A stretch of DNA of 64,000 nucleotides from an uncultured Eubacteriales bacterium (GTDB lineage: Bacteria > Actinomycetota > Coriobacteriia > Anaerosomatales > CAVRZR01), in the NCBI GenBank assembly GCA_964354215.1, contig CAYGYT010000002.1, positions 19,595 to 83,594 on the forward strand. Direction: 5' to 3'. Under the pieces are notes generated by a model, which saw nothing but the letters and a program-made list of their open reading frames with translations, made no database searches and was not told where the DNA came from. A program made the translations under genes and the position numbers. Positions 20,649 to 29,335 of this stretch are shown here, piece after piece (position 1 is the stretch's first letter; each line of letters starts with the position of its first letter).

Positions 20649-22481
20649 GTGGGCCGAATCACCGACGAGGACATCCAGAGGGTCCGTGACGCCACGGATC
20701 TGGTCGATCTCGTCTCCGAGACGGTCGTGCTCAAGCGCAAGAGCCGCCTCTACTGGGGCCGCTGCCCCTTCCACGGCGAGAAGACGCCGTCCTTCAAGAT
20801 CGACCCAGGCACTCAGTTGTGGCACTGCTTCGGGTGCGGCTTGGGCGGAGACGCATTCGGCTTTCTGATGCGCACCGAGGGTCTTGAGTTCCCTGACGCC
20901 GTCCGCATGCTCGCGGACCGGGCTCACATCGAGATCGTCGAAGTCGGGGGTGGGCTCGGAACCGGGAGGCGCGAGCGGCTGCATGCCGCGCTCGCGGCCG
21001 CTGCGGCCTACTACCACAAGCAGCTCGTCGCGGGGCAGGACGCTGGCGCCGCTCGCGCACGCGAGTATCTCGCGGGCAGGGCGTTCGGCATCGACGTCGC
21101 CAAGCGGTTCGAGCTCGGCTACGCTCCCGGGCGCGGACTACTCGCCCGCGCGCTGAGCGCCGACGGCTTCACCGAAGACGAGCTCATCGAGGCGAACCTC
21201 GCCCTCCGCGCAGAGAACGGCGCAGTCCGCGATCGCTTCTACGAGCGCCTGATGTTCCCGATCCGCGATGTGCAAGGGCGGTGCGTGGGCTTTGGCGGTC
21301 GGATCATCGGGGCGGGCGAGCCGAAGTACTTGAACACTCAGGAAACGCCGGTCTTTCACAAGTCGCGGAACCTCTACGGCATCGAGCGCGCGAGGAACGA
21401 TATCGTTCGGGAGCGCACGGCGATCGTTGTAGAGGGCTACACCGACGTGATCGCGCTCCATGAGGCCGGGGTGCGGAACGTCGTGGCCACACTCGGCACA
21501 GCACTCACACGAGACCACACTCGGCTCCTCGGCCGGTTCGCCCAACGTGTCGTGTATCTCTTCGACGGCGACGAGGCGGGTCTTCGAGCGGCCGACCGGG
21601 CAGCCGAGTTCATCGGCTTCGAGATGACTCCGGAGGCGGGGAGCGATCGCGTCGACTTGCAGGTGGCGGTGCTACCCCGGGGCGAGGATCCCGCGGACCT
21701 GGCATCGTCGGGCGGGGAGGAGGCGGTGCGCTCGCTCGTCTCGAATGCGACGCCACTCCTCAAGTTCGCGCTCGACCGCAGGCTCTCGCGCTATGACCTC
21801 TCGGCGCCGGAGAACCGCACCCGGGCTCTTGCCGATGCCGCCTCCGTGCTCGCATCGGTCAGGGGGTCGCTGCTCGTGCACGACTACACCAACTACCTGG
21901 CCGATTACCTCCGTGTGGACTTCGCAACCGTTCAAGCTGCAGTCTCGAAGGCTAGGCCGCTCGCCACCCCGGCAGACGGGGCCCGCGACGACGAGGACGC
22001 CTTGGTACCGGCCCAGCCGCTGGCTGCCGCTTCATCCCCGGAGTCGCGCGCCGAGCTGGAGCTTCTTGGCGTTCTCGGCGGAGCGCCACGCTTGCGGGCC
22101 GAGGCACGTTTCTTGCTTGAGGAGGACCTGCTAACGGTGCCAGTCCATCGGCGCGCGCTGGTCTTGATGCTGGAAGACCCGAGCGCGTCGCTTGAGGATC
22201 TCGTCTCTCGCGCGGAGCGGACGGACGCGGAACTTGCATCCGTCTTGGCCGGCTGTGCAGCGGCGGACGATGCACAGGCCGAGGCCATTGCGAACGAGTT
22301 GTTCAGGAAACTCAAGGAGTTTGGGCTCGACCGTCTAATCCTAGAGAAGAAGAGCCAGCTGAAGTCTCTCGACCCCGGGGCCGAGGCTCAGAGGTACGAC
22401 GACTTGTTCCGAGAAGTCTCGGAGCTGCAGCGGGAGAGAAGCCTCCTGCGCACCAGTCACGACGGCATGAACACGGCATAG
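20649..22481 (+). CDS. dnaG: DNA primase
   Basis: CPFHGEKTPSF..HCFGC Zn finger, RLMFPI, KYLNT, VVEGYTDV, ATLGTALT, FDGDEAG. Confidence 0.97.
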   Translation: MGRITDEDIQRVRDATDLVDLVSETVVLKRKSRLYWGRCPFHGEKTPSFKIDPGTQLWHCFGCGLGGDAFGFLMRTEGLEFPDAVRMLADRAHIEIVEVGGGLGTGRRERLHAALAAAAAYYHKQLVAGQDAGAARAREYLAGRAFGIDVAKRFELGYAPGRGLLARALSADGFTEDELIEANLALRAENGAVRDRFYERLMFPIRDVQGRCVGFGGRIIGAGEPKYLNTQETPVFHKSRNLYGIERARNDIVRERTAIVVEGYTDVIALHEAGVRNVVATLGTALTRDHTRLLGRFAQRVVYLFDGDEAGLRAADRAAEFIGFEMTPEAGSDRVDLQVAVLPRGEDPADLASSGGEEAVRSLVSNATPLLKFALDRRLSRYDLSAPENRTRALADAASVLASVRGSLLVHDYTNYLADYLRVDFATVQAAVSKARPLATPADGARDDEDALVPAQPLAAASSPESRAELELLGVLGGAPRLRAEARFLLEEDLLTVPVHRRALVLMLEDPSASLEDLVSRAERTDAELASVLAGCAAADDAQAEAIANELFRKLKEFGLDRLILEKKSQLKSLDPGAEAQRYDDLFREVSELQRERSLLRTSHDGMNTA

Positions 22482-22502
22482 ACACGGAGTAGTAGGAGTA
22501 GC

Positions 22503-24296
22503 GTGGCAGACAACCCCAGAAGCACGAGGGCGAAGAGTACTCCGGCCCAAGCGGCCGAGAAGCCGAAGACCAAGCCAGCGCCGAGCACGGCGGATGCACC
22601 GGCAGGCGCGGCAAAGAGCGCCGCACCTGCCTCGAAGAAGGCTGCCGTGAAGGCAGCCGACGTGGCACCGCCGAAGAAGACCGTTCCGGCCAAGAGCGCG
22701 GGCGCGGCGGCGGCACCGGCTGGTGAGACCCCGAAGCGGGCCACAGGCCGCGCCGCGCGTCCGAAACCAGAGACAGACGTGGTCGCCCCGGTACGGAAGG
22801 GGCCCGCAACCGCGAAGACACCTGCCGCTCCGGAAGCGCCGACGCCGCGTGGGTCGGCGTCCGCGAAGCAGGCCAAGTCTGCCCCCGAGGCGAGCGCGTC
22901 GGCTCCGCCTAAGGCCGCCGCCTCATCGGCGAGCGCCCCTGCCACACCTCGGAAGAGGACGCCGGTCGCGAAGCCCGCAAAGATCCCGCCCGAGCTTGAG
23001 CTTTCGGCGGTAAAGACGCTCGCGAAGATGGGGACGGGCAAGGGCAACCTCACCGACGAGGAGATCCAGAGCGCGCTTTCCGACATCGATCTTTCGGAGC
23101 AGCAGTTCGACAACATCTACGGCTTCTTCCGTGAGAGTGGCATCGAGATCTTCGAGGAGCCCGCGGCCTCCGAAGCCGTTGTGGACGTAGTCGTCACGGC
23201 CGCCGGCGTAGAGATCGTGCCGATGACCGACGCGACCGAACCCGACCTCGCGGACCTCGCTGACGACATCCCGCCCGAGGAAAAGGGCGAGATTGAGATT
23301 ACGATCCCCAAGGTCGCCCCCAAGGCGGGCAAGAAGAAGCCGAAGAAGCGCACCGACGCGAGCACCGTCGCGCCTCTCACGGGTGATCCCGTTCGCATGT
23401 ACCTCAAGGAGATAGGTAAGGTCCCACTGCTCACAGCGCGCCAGGAAGTCGATCTCGCCATGAAGATCGAAGCCGGTCTCGAGGCGACGGCGCGGTTCGA
23501 GGATGCAGACGAACGCGGCATCGTCCTCGATCGCCCCGAGCGCAGACGACTGGAACGTATCGAACAGGTGGGCCTGGACGCCAAGCAGCAGCTCGTCGAG
23601 GCGAATCTCCGTCTCGTCGTCTCGATCGCCAAGCGCTACGTCGGGCGCGGCATGCTCTTCCTCGACCTCATCCAGGAGGGCAACCTCGGATTGATTCGAG
23701 CGGTGGAGAAGTTCGAGTACACGAAGGGGTTCAAGTTCTCGACCTACGCGACGTGGTGGATTCGACAAGCCATCACGCGCGCGATCGCCGATCAGGCGCG
23801 TACGATCCGCATCCCCGTGCACATGGTCGAGACGATAAACAAGCTCATCCGCGTACAGCGGCAGCTCCTGCAGGAACTCGGCCGCGAGCCGACTCCGGAG
23901 GAGATCGGCGAGAAGATGGAGATGTCTGCCGAGCGCGTACGCGAGATCCTGAAGATCTCGCAGGAGCCCGTGTCTCTCGAAACGCCCATAGGCGAGGAAG
24001 AGGATTCCCAGCTCGGCGACTTCATCGAAGACGCCGAGGCGGTCGTGCCACCTGAAGCGGCGAGCTTCTCGATGCTGCAGGAGCAGCTGTCCAAGGTGCT
24101 CGACGGGCTCTCCGAGCGCGAGCGCAAGGTCATCGAACTGCGCTTCGGGCTCACTGACGGGCACCCGCGTACGCTCGAAGAGGTCGGACGCGAGTTTGGC
24201 GTGACACGCGAGCGGATCCGGCAGATCGAGAGCAAGACGCTCTGCAAGCTGCGCCACCCCTCGCGCTCGAGCAAGCTTCGGGACTATCTCGAGTAG
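22503..24296 (+). CDS. rpoD: Primary sigma factor SigA/RpoD with long Ala/Pro/Lys-rich N-terminus
   Basis: [81 protein letters not shown]. Confidence 0.97.
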   Translation: MADNPRSTRAKSTPAQAAEKPKTKPAPSTADAPAGAAKSAAPASKKAAVKAADVAPPKKTVPAKSAGAAAAPAGETPKRATGRAARPKPETDVVAPVRKGPATAKTPAAPEAPTPRGSASAKQAKSAPEASASAPPKAAASSASAPATPRKRTPVAKPAKIPPELELSAVKTLAKMGTGKGNLTDEEIQSALSDIDLSEQQFDNIYGFFRESGIEIFEEPAASEAVVDVVVTAAGVEIVPMTDATEPDLADLADDIPPEEKGEIEITIPKVAPKAGKKKPKKRTDASTVAPLTGDPVRMYLKEIGKVPLLTARQEVDLAMKIEAGLEATARFEDADERGIVLDRPERRRLERIEQVGLDAKQQLVEANLRLVVSIAKRYVGRGMLFLDLIQEGNLGLIRAVEKFEYTKGFKFSTYATWWIRQAITRAIADQARTIRIPVHMVETINKLIRVQRQLLQELGREPTPEEIGEKMEMSAERVREILKISQEPVSLETPIGEEEDSQLGDFIEDAEAVVPPEAASFSMLQEQLSKVLDGLSERERKVIELRFGLTDGHPRTLEEVGREFGVTRERIRQIESKTLCKLRHPSRSSKLRDYLE

Positions 24297-24370
24297 CACG
24301 ACACGGTGCCGGCCGTCCCCGCCTCGCCGTCCGGAGGGTCCGCGACCGCGTCGTACGGGAATCCGCGACT

Positions 24371-24409
24371 GAGAGAGAAGAACGGCCTCCCGGAGACGGG
24401 AGGCCGTTC
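24371..24409 (-). terminator. Intrinsic terminator of tRNA-Asn, possibly bidirectional with rpoD
   Basis: 13-bp stem GAACGGCCTCCCG/CGGGAGGCCGTTC with 4-nt loop; pyrimidine tail TTCTCTCTC on the minus strand. Confidence 0.75.
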
Positions 24410-24417
24410 GTGTCTGC

Positions 24418-24493
24418 TGGCTCCTGAGGTAGGACTCGAACCTACAACCCTCCGGTTAACAGCCGGATGCTCTGCCAATTGAGCTACTCAGGA
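24418..24493 (-). tRNA. tRNA-Asn(GTT)
   Basis: Reverse complement TCCTGAGTAGCTCAATTGGCAGAGC..CT-GTT-AA..GGTTCGAGTCC..AGGAGCCA; full cloverleaf with encoded CCA. Confidence 0.97.
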
Positions 24494-24523
24494 ATCTCGC
24501 GCCTTCGGCAGGCGCGACACGAC

Positions 24524-24552
24524 AGTATACGGACGGCATGTGAGGTTGGCAA
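24524..24552 (-). promoter_or_regulatory. SigA promoter of tRNA-Asn (TTGCCA-N17-TATACT)
   Basis: Near-consensus hexamers on the minus strand with 17-nt spacer. Confidence 0.75.
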
Positions 24553-24649
24553 CACGACCTGAGCGGCGCTCTCGCTCGTCCGGATGCGCCGCAAACCAGC
24601 CCGCGGAGCAACCGCTAGAATGTAGTCGTTGAGTCAGCCAAGCCACCGC

Positions 24650-24724
24650 GGGCCCGTAGCTCAATGGCGGAGCAGGGGACTCATAATCCCTTGGTTGCAG
24701 GTTCGAATCCTGCCGGGCCCACCA
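24650..24724 (+). tRNA. tRNA with CAT anticodon, most likely tRNA-Ile2 (lysidine) rather than Met
   Basis: GGGCCCGTAGCTCAA..GGGGA-CTCATAA-TCCC..GGTTCGAATCC..GGGCCCACCA; C4-G69 and A73; resembles recalled ileX-type tRNAs; TAGAAT -10 at 24616-24621. Confidence 0.9.
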
Positions 24725-24770
24725 GCGGGTTATCCGGTTGACGCCGGCTTGAGTGATTGCGCCTCAACAG

Positions 24771-24803
24771 AACGACCCGTCTGAGTGGTGCAGACGGGTC
24801 GTT
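24771..24803 (+). terminator. Hairpin terminator after tRNA-Ile
   Basis: AACGACCCGTCTG/CAGACGGGTCGTT 13-bp stem followed by TCGCGTT. Confidence 0.7.
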
Positions 24804-25122
24804 TCGCGTTGCGGCTCAGTTGCGTCGATCTCCTGGAGCGACGGCGCGGCCTCGGCCCCCTCGAACACTCCTGCCGGGATCAGCGAAGGCCGGCGCCCGT
24901 CTGCAGCGGCCTTCTGCTTGTCTCTTCCGTCACCCCGTGACGCCCCACTGGCGCCCTCTTTCCGTCGCCATTCAGTCGCCTTGTACGCAAGAATCGCTCA
25001 GAACCGCCCGATCCCGTAGAGCCGCACTGAATCTCGGCAGGTAAACGCAGTACCGCCTCTGAGCTGCGACGAAAGGCGCTATTCCGCGCCTCTGCTAGAC
25101 TGCCAAAGACCGCGATTCTGGC

Positions 25123-25168
25123 ACTCACAATCCCTTGGTTGCAGGTTCGAGTGCTGCCGGGCCCACCA
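25123..25168 (+). repeat. Degenerate direct repeat of the tRNA-Ile 3' half (att-like)
   Basis: 46-nt copy of 24679-24724 with 3 mismatches, running from the anticodon loop to CCA. Confidence 0.9.
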
Positions 25169-25179
25169 ATGAGGAGCGT

Positions 25180-26370
25180 ATGCCGCCATCACGAGTGGCA
25201 CGAAGGGAGAGGGCCCGCGCCCAGCGCAGGAAGGCCCTTCGCCTCGGCATCGCCGTGTTCGCGGTCGTTGCAGTCGCGGCATCGATAGCCATCATCGCTC
25301 GCTCTGTCTCCGACGCGACTGACGGTGCCCGGCTCACTGTGCGAGCGCGGTCGGCGCCAACCGCTCCTGCCCCCTCGTCCGCTGCGCAATCTGTCGACGG
25401 TCCGAGCGCCCACGACACCACCACGTCGCCCGACGGCGAGTCGTTCCTCGCCTACTCGCCCACCCCCGCGTCCGCCGACACGACGCTCGTCGAGGTCCCG
25501 AGTGTTGTAGGCCGCACGCTCCCAGATGCACGGACACTGCTCGCTGCAGCCGACCTGAAGGCCGACGTGGACTCCGGGGCGGGCTCGCTCGGGTCGACCA
25601 AAGGAGTGCGGCCACGTACCCCTCCAGGCGGCCTTCGAGTGCGCTCCCAGCAGCCCGAAGCAGGCAGCATTTCGGTTGCCGGAGCGACGGTGGCGCTCTC
25701 ACTGGGCGGTCAGCGTGCCGTTCCGACGAAAGCTGCGGCACTCCCCACCGTGGTCGTCTGCATCGACCCGGGCCACCAGTCCCACTCGAACACGGCGAAA
25801 GAGCCCATAGGACCCGGTTCGAGGACTCTCAAACCGAAGGTCACCGGCGGTGCTACCGGGGTGAGCACGCGAGTCCCCGAATACGAGGTTGCGCTCCAGA
25901 TCTCTATGAACGTCCGCGCCCGCCTGAGGCGCGCAGGTGTGAAGGTTGTCATGACGAGGACGACGAACGACGTGAACCTCTCGAACTCCCAACGAGCGCA
26001 AGTGGCGAACCGAGCGCGGGCGGCGCTCTTCTTGCGCATCCACGCGAACGGCAGCTCCGATGCTCGCCAGGCGGGGATCAGCACGCTGTACCCGGCTGTG
26101 ACGCGGTGGACCAAGGCGACGTCCGGTCCGAGCAGACGCGCGGCCCTCTCGGTGGAACGCGCCGTCCTCGCTTCCACGTCTGCGCCGAGCGACGGGGTCC
26201 ATGCTCGGTCGGATCTCGCCGGCTTCAACTGGTGTACCCGTCCCTCGATACTTGTTGAATGCGGCTACCTCTCGAACCCCGTCGAAGACAAGCTCCTCAC
26301 GAGCCCCAAGTACCAGGACAAGGTTGCTGCGGGGATTGCTGCGGGGGTCCTTCGGTATCTCGGACGCTAG
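25180..26370 (+). CDS. N-acetylmuramoyl-L-alanine amidase (Amidase_3) with N-terminal TM anchor and PASTA-like domain
   Basis: VCIDPGH, EYEVALQ, FLRIHAN, ILVECGYLSN; VEVPSVVGRTL...VRSQQPEAG PASTA pattern; ATG after GAGGAG. Confidence 0.9.
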   Translation: MPPSRVARRERARAQRRKALRLGIAVFAVVAVAASIAIIARSVSDATDGARLTVRARSAPTAPAPSSAAQSVDGPSAHDTTTSPDGESFLAYSPTPASADTTLVEVPSVVGRTLPDARTLLAAADLKADVDSGAGSLGSTKGVRPRTPPGGLRVRSQQPEAGSISVAGATVALSLGGQRAVPTKAAALPTVVVCIDPGHQSHSNTAKEPIGPGSRTLKPKVTGGATGVSTRVPEYEVALQISMNVRARLRRAGVKVVMTRTTNDVNLSNSQRAQVANRARAALFLRIHANGSSDARQAGISTLYPAVTRWTKATSGPSRRAALSVERAVLASTSAPSDGVHARSDLAGFNWCTRPSILVECGYLSNPVEDKLLTSPKYQDKVAAGIAAGVLRYLGR

Positions 26371-26411
26371 CTCAGCCGACGCTGATTCCCTAGAACTACG
26401 GAGGTCGACGC

Positions 26412-27446
26412 GTGAGAGTCCTCGTGACCGGAGGCGCGGGCTACATCGGCTCGGTGAGTGTGCGCGAGCTCCTCGACTCGGGCCACGACGCGGTCGTGCT
26501 GGACACGCTCGAGCGAGGGCATCGCGCGGCCGTTGACGAGAGGGCTGAGTTCCTCGAGGGCTCGGTCGCTGATTCGGCAGTCCTGGATCAGGCGCTCCGC
26601 GGATGCGACGCCGTGTTGCACCTCGCGGGCTACATCGAGGTGGCGGAGTCGCAGCGCGATCCGGCGAAGTACTTTCGCGGCAACGTCTCCGCGCCTCTTG
26701 TCATGCTCGATGCGATGCTTCGCCACCGCGTCCCCAGACTCGTCTTCTCATCCACCGCAGCGGTGTACGGGGAACCTGCGACGATTCCTATCGACGAGGC
26801 GTCCGAGCTCCGACCACTCAACGCCTACGGCGCAAGCAAGCTCATGTTCGAGGAGTGCCTTGGGTGGTACGAGCGGGCCTACGGTCTGCGATCGATCCGG
26901 CTGCGATACTTCAACGTCGCCGGTGCCTGGCCGGATGGGTCGCTCGGCGAGGCACACGACCCGGAGACGCATATCATCCCGAGGATCCTCGACTCGATCG
27001 CCTCCGGCACACGCACGTTCGAGGTCTTCGGCAACGACTACCCGACCCCCGATGGAACGTGCATACGCGACTACATCCACGTGAGCGACCTAGCCCTCGC
27101 GCACCGCCTGGCTCTCGAGACGCTCGCAGGCTCCGTCGGCGAGTCCGCCGGTGCCGACTCTGGCGGCGTGTTCAACCTCGGCAACGGCAACGGCTACAGC
27201 AATCTCGAGGTCGTGCGCGCATGCGCCGAAGCGACCGGCGAGGACGTCGAGATAGTGTTCGGGCCTCGCCGAGAAGGAGACCCGGCCGTCCTTGTCGCGT
27301 CCTCCATGCGCGCTCGGACCGTCCTCGGCTGGACCCCGGCTCGGCCGGACCTCCCCGAGATCGTCGCAGATGCCTGGCGCTGGCATCGCACGCACCCCGG
27401 CGGGTACCGTCCCGCGGGGGTTACGCCGGCAGAGGCGTCACGCTAG
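26412..27446 (+). CDS. galE: UDP-glucose 4-epimerase
   Basis: VTGGAGYIGS, FSSTAAVYG, YGASK, LRYFNVAGA, RDYIHV, RREGDP. Confidence 0.95.
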   Translation: MRVLVTGGAGYIGSVSVRELLDSGHDAVVLDTLERGHRAAVDERAEFLEGSVADSAVLDQALRGCDAVLHLAGYIEVAESQRDPAKYFRGNVSAPLVMLDAMLRHRVPRLVFSSTAAVYGEPATIPIDEASELRPLNAYGASKLMFEECLGWYERAYGLRSIRLRYFNVAGAWPDGSLGEAHDPETHIIPRILDSIASGTRTFEVFGNDYPTPDGTCIRDYIHVSDLALAHRLALETLAGSVGESAGADSGGVFNLGNGNGYSNLEVVRACAEATGEDVEIVFGPRREGDPAVLVASSMRARTVLGWTPARPDLPEIVADAWRWHRTHPGGYRPAGVTPAEASR

Positions 27447-27475
27447 AATATCCCTCGCCGTTCTTGCGGCCACAC

Positions 27476-27550
27476 GGGCGATTGGCTCAGGGGGAGAGCG
27501 CTTCCTTCACACGGAAGAGGTCGTTGGTTCAAATCCAACATCGCCCACCA
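27476..27550 (+). tRNA. tRNA-Val(CAC)
   Basis: GGGCGATTGGCTCAG..CTTCC-TTCACAC-GGAAG..GGTTCAAATCC..TCGCCCACCA; TAGAAT -10 at 27444-27449. Confidence 0.95.
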
Positions 27551-27558
27551 GCATACGC

Positions 27559-27588
27559 AGGGCCCCGGCACACGCCGGGGCCCTTTCG
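27559..27588 (+). terminator. Intrinsic terminator after tRNA-Val
   Basis: AGGGCCCCGGC/GCCGGGGCCCT 11-bp stem, ACAC loop, then TTCG. Confidence 0.75.
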
Positions 27589-27597
27589 CTCGACGGA

Positions 27598-27918
27598 ATG
27601 GCCGGCGGCTCCCACATCGCCGCCGAGAAGGCACGCCTCGATTTCGCCTGGGACGGGATCATCTCCGCGGCCTTTCCCACGCTTCGCGGTGAGCCGGAGA
27701 GGCTCGTGCGAGACGACCTTCTCATCGCGAGCTACTACCTCGACGAGGCGACCGAACGTCGCGCATGGTGCATCGACGGGTTCGCGGAGGTCCCGTGCGG
27801 GGGAACGCGCCTGCGTCGCACATCGGAGGTGGGCGAGGTCGAACTCAAGCGCGAGGACCCGGGGCGAAGTCGGGAGCGCATCGAGATACGCTTGGCCGAC
27901 CCGTGGCTGGGCCTGTAG
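27598..27918 (+). pseudogene. C-terminal fragment of an AlaX-type alanyl-tRNA editing protein
   Basis: SHIAAEKARLDF...ERRAWCIDGFAEVPCGGTRLRRTSEVG...RERIEI matches the AlaX/tRNA_SAD C-terminus; HxxxH half missing and CGGTH reads CGGTR. Confidence 0.7.
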
Positions 27919-27936
27919 GCCGCGGCGGCAGAGCGT

Positions 27937-29292
27937 CTATCCGGCCGCCCACGCAAGCGCTTCGCAGAAGGCCGGGTGAATGCCGACCGTTTGCCCGAGC
28001 TGCTCCTGCGTCACCCCCGCACGCAGGCCTACTTCCAAGGCGTAGATCAGATCGCTCGCCGAAGGCGCCGCGATGGCCCCGCCGATGAGGCGTCCTGAGG
28101 CCTCGTCAAAGACGAGCTTCGCGAACCCGTCCCGCTCCTCTTCGATGATCGCGGCTGCCACGTACTCGAACGGCTGCTTCGACACGCGGGCCGTGATGCC
28201 CGCACGCTCCGCGGCCTCGGCAGTGAGGCCCACCTGGGCGAGCTGGGGGGCGGCGAACGTCGTCGTCGGCACGGTGCTCGTGTCGATTGCGCCAGGCTCG
28301 CCGGAGACTATCGAGCGAGCGATCGCGTGGCCCTCGAGGTTCGCCACCGGTGTCTGCATCATCCCGCCCGCCGCATCCCCACAGGCCCATACACGCGGAT
28401 TGCTGGTGCGCAGATACTGGTCCAGCACGAGACGACCGCGAGCGTCCGTGTCGACACCGCCCGCGGCGAGATCCAGCCCATCGAGAGCGGGAGCGCGGCC
28501 AACGGCCACGAGCACGCGCTCGAACACCTCCGCGAGAGGGCTTCCGGCATGCGACCGGATCGTAGCTGAGATGCCGTTGTCGCCCTGTTCCAATGCGGTG
28601 ACGGTCGTCTCCGAAAGGATTGTGGCACCGAGGTGCGTCAGCCGACCCTCGGCAACCGTCGAGAGGTCCGAGTCGAGCATGTCGAGGAGCCGGGGCCCGT
28701 GCGTCACGAAGGTGACCCGCGAACCAAGCGAAGCGAAGATCGTCCCCAGCTCCACTCCCACGAAGCCGCCCCCCACGACGAGCAGCGACGAAGGGACTAC
28801 CTGGTAGCGCAGAGCTGCCTCGCTCGTGTCCGCGAGTTCGGCGCCGGGTAGACGGGGCACGACGGGAACCGAGCCTGTCGCGATGACGATGTGGTCGGGT
28901 TTGTAGCGCCGACCTCCCGATTCGATCTCGTCTGCAGCGACGAAACGGGTGTCGTTCGATTTCACGAGCGCGACCCCGCGCGCTGTGAGCAACGCCTCCT
29001 GGTCGCCCGCGTACGTTTCCTGCGCGTGCCATTTCCAGGCGAGCGCGCCTTGCCAGTCAGCTTGCGTGTCTCCCTCGACCGTGCCGCGTGCGCGCGCCGC
29101 GCCGATCTCGCGTATGGTGCGGGCCGTCGCATAGAGTGCCTTCTTGGGAACGCACCCGCGCCACAGGCACGTTCCGCCGACACGGTCGCGTTCGGCGACG
29201 GTCACGTCCCATCCCGCCGACGAAAGGCTGCGCGCGCATGCGGTACCCGCGGTACCCGAGCCGACTATGAAGACGCTCCCTGTCGTCGCCAT
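27937..29292 (-). CDS. Class I pyridine nucleotide-disulfide oxidoreductase (LpdA/glutathione reductase family)
   Basis: GSGTAG, GGTCLWRGCVPKK, GGGFVGVE, VWACGDA, IHPAFCE (HxxxxE). Confidence 0.9.
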   Translation of the reverse strand: MATTGSVFIVGSGTAGTACARSLSSAGWDVTVAERDRVGGTCLWRGCVPKKALYATARTIREIGAARARGTVEGDTQADWQGALAWKWHAQETYAGDQEALLTARGVALVKSNDTRFVAADEIESGGRRYKPDHIVIATGSVPVVPRLPGAELADTSEAALRYQVVPSSLLVVGGGFVGVELGTIFASLGSRVTFVTHGPRLLDMLDSDLSTVAEGRLTHLGATILSETTVTALEQGDNGISATIRSHAGSPLAEVFERVLVAVGRAPALDGLDLAAGGVDTDARGRLVLDQYLRTSNPRVWACGDAAGGMMQTPVANLEGHAIARSIVSGEPGAIDTSTVPTTTFAAPQLAQVGLTAEAAERAGITARVSKQPFEYVAAAIIEEERDGFAKLVFDEASGRLIGGAIAAPSASDLIYALEVGLRAGVTQEQLGQTVGIHPAFCEALAWAAG

Positions 29293-29320
29293 TCCGCACC
29301 CCTCTGCAGATGGACCCCTC

Positions 29321-29329
29321 TGGTAGACT
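29321..29329 (+). promoter_or_regulatory. Extended -10 placing the ABC-F GTG at the transcription start (leaderless)
   Basis: TGgTAGACT 6 nt before GTG 29336; no SD upstream. Confidence 0.55.
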
Positions 29330-29335
29330 GTCGCG

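Noticed and set aside
25035-25110. c-di-GMP-I (GEMM)-like string GGTAAAC...GACGAAAG before the amidase
   Set aside because: Lacks the C of GACGCAAAG needed for the P2 pair and has no GNRA tetraloop; more likely chance, and the region is better explained as promoter or island remnant.
25100-25168. Second complete tRNA (anticodon CAC)
   Set aside because: No 5' acceptor strand or D-arm, and the T-stem is broken; it is only a partial duplicate.
27937-29292. Mercuric reductase MerA
   Set aside because: No HMA domain, no C-terminal Cys-Cys and no mer genes nearby.
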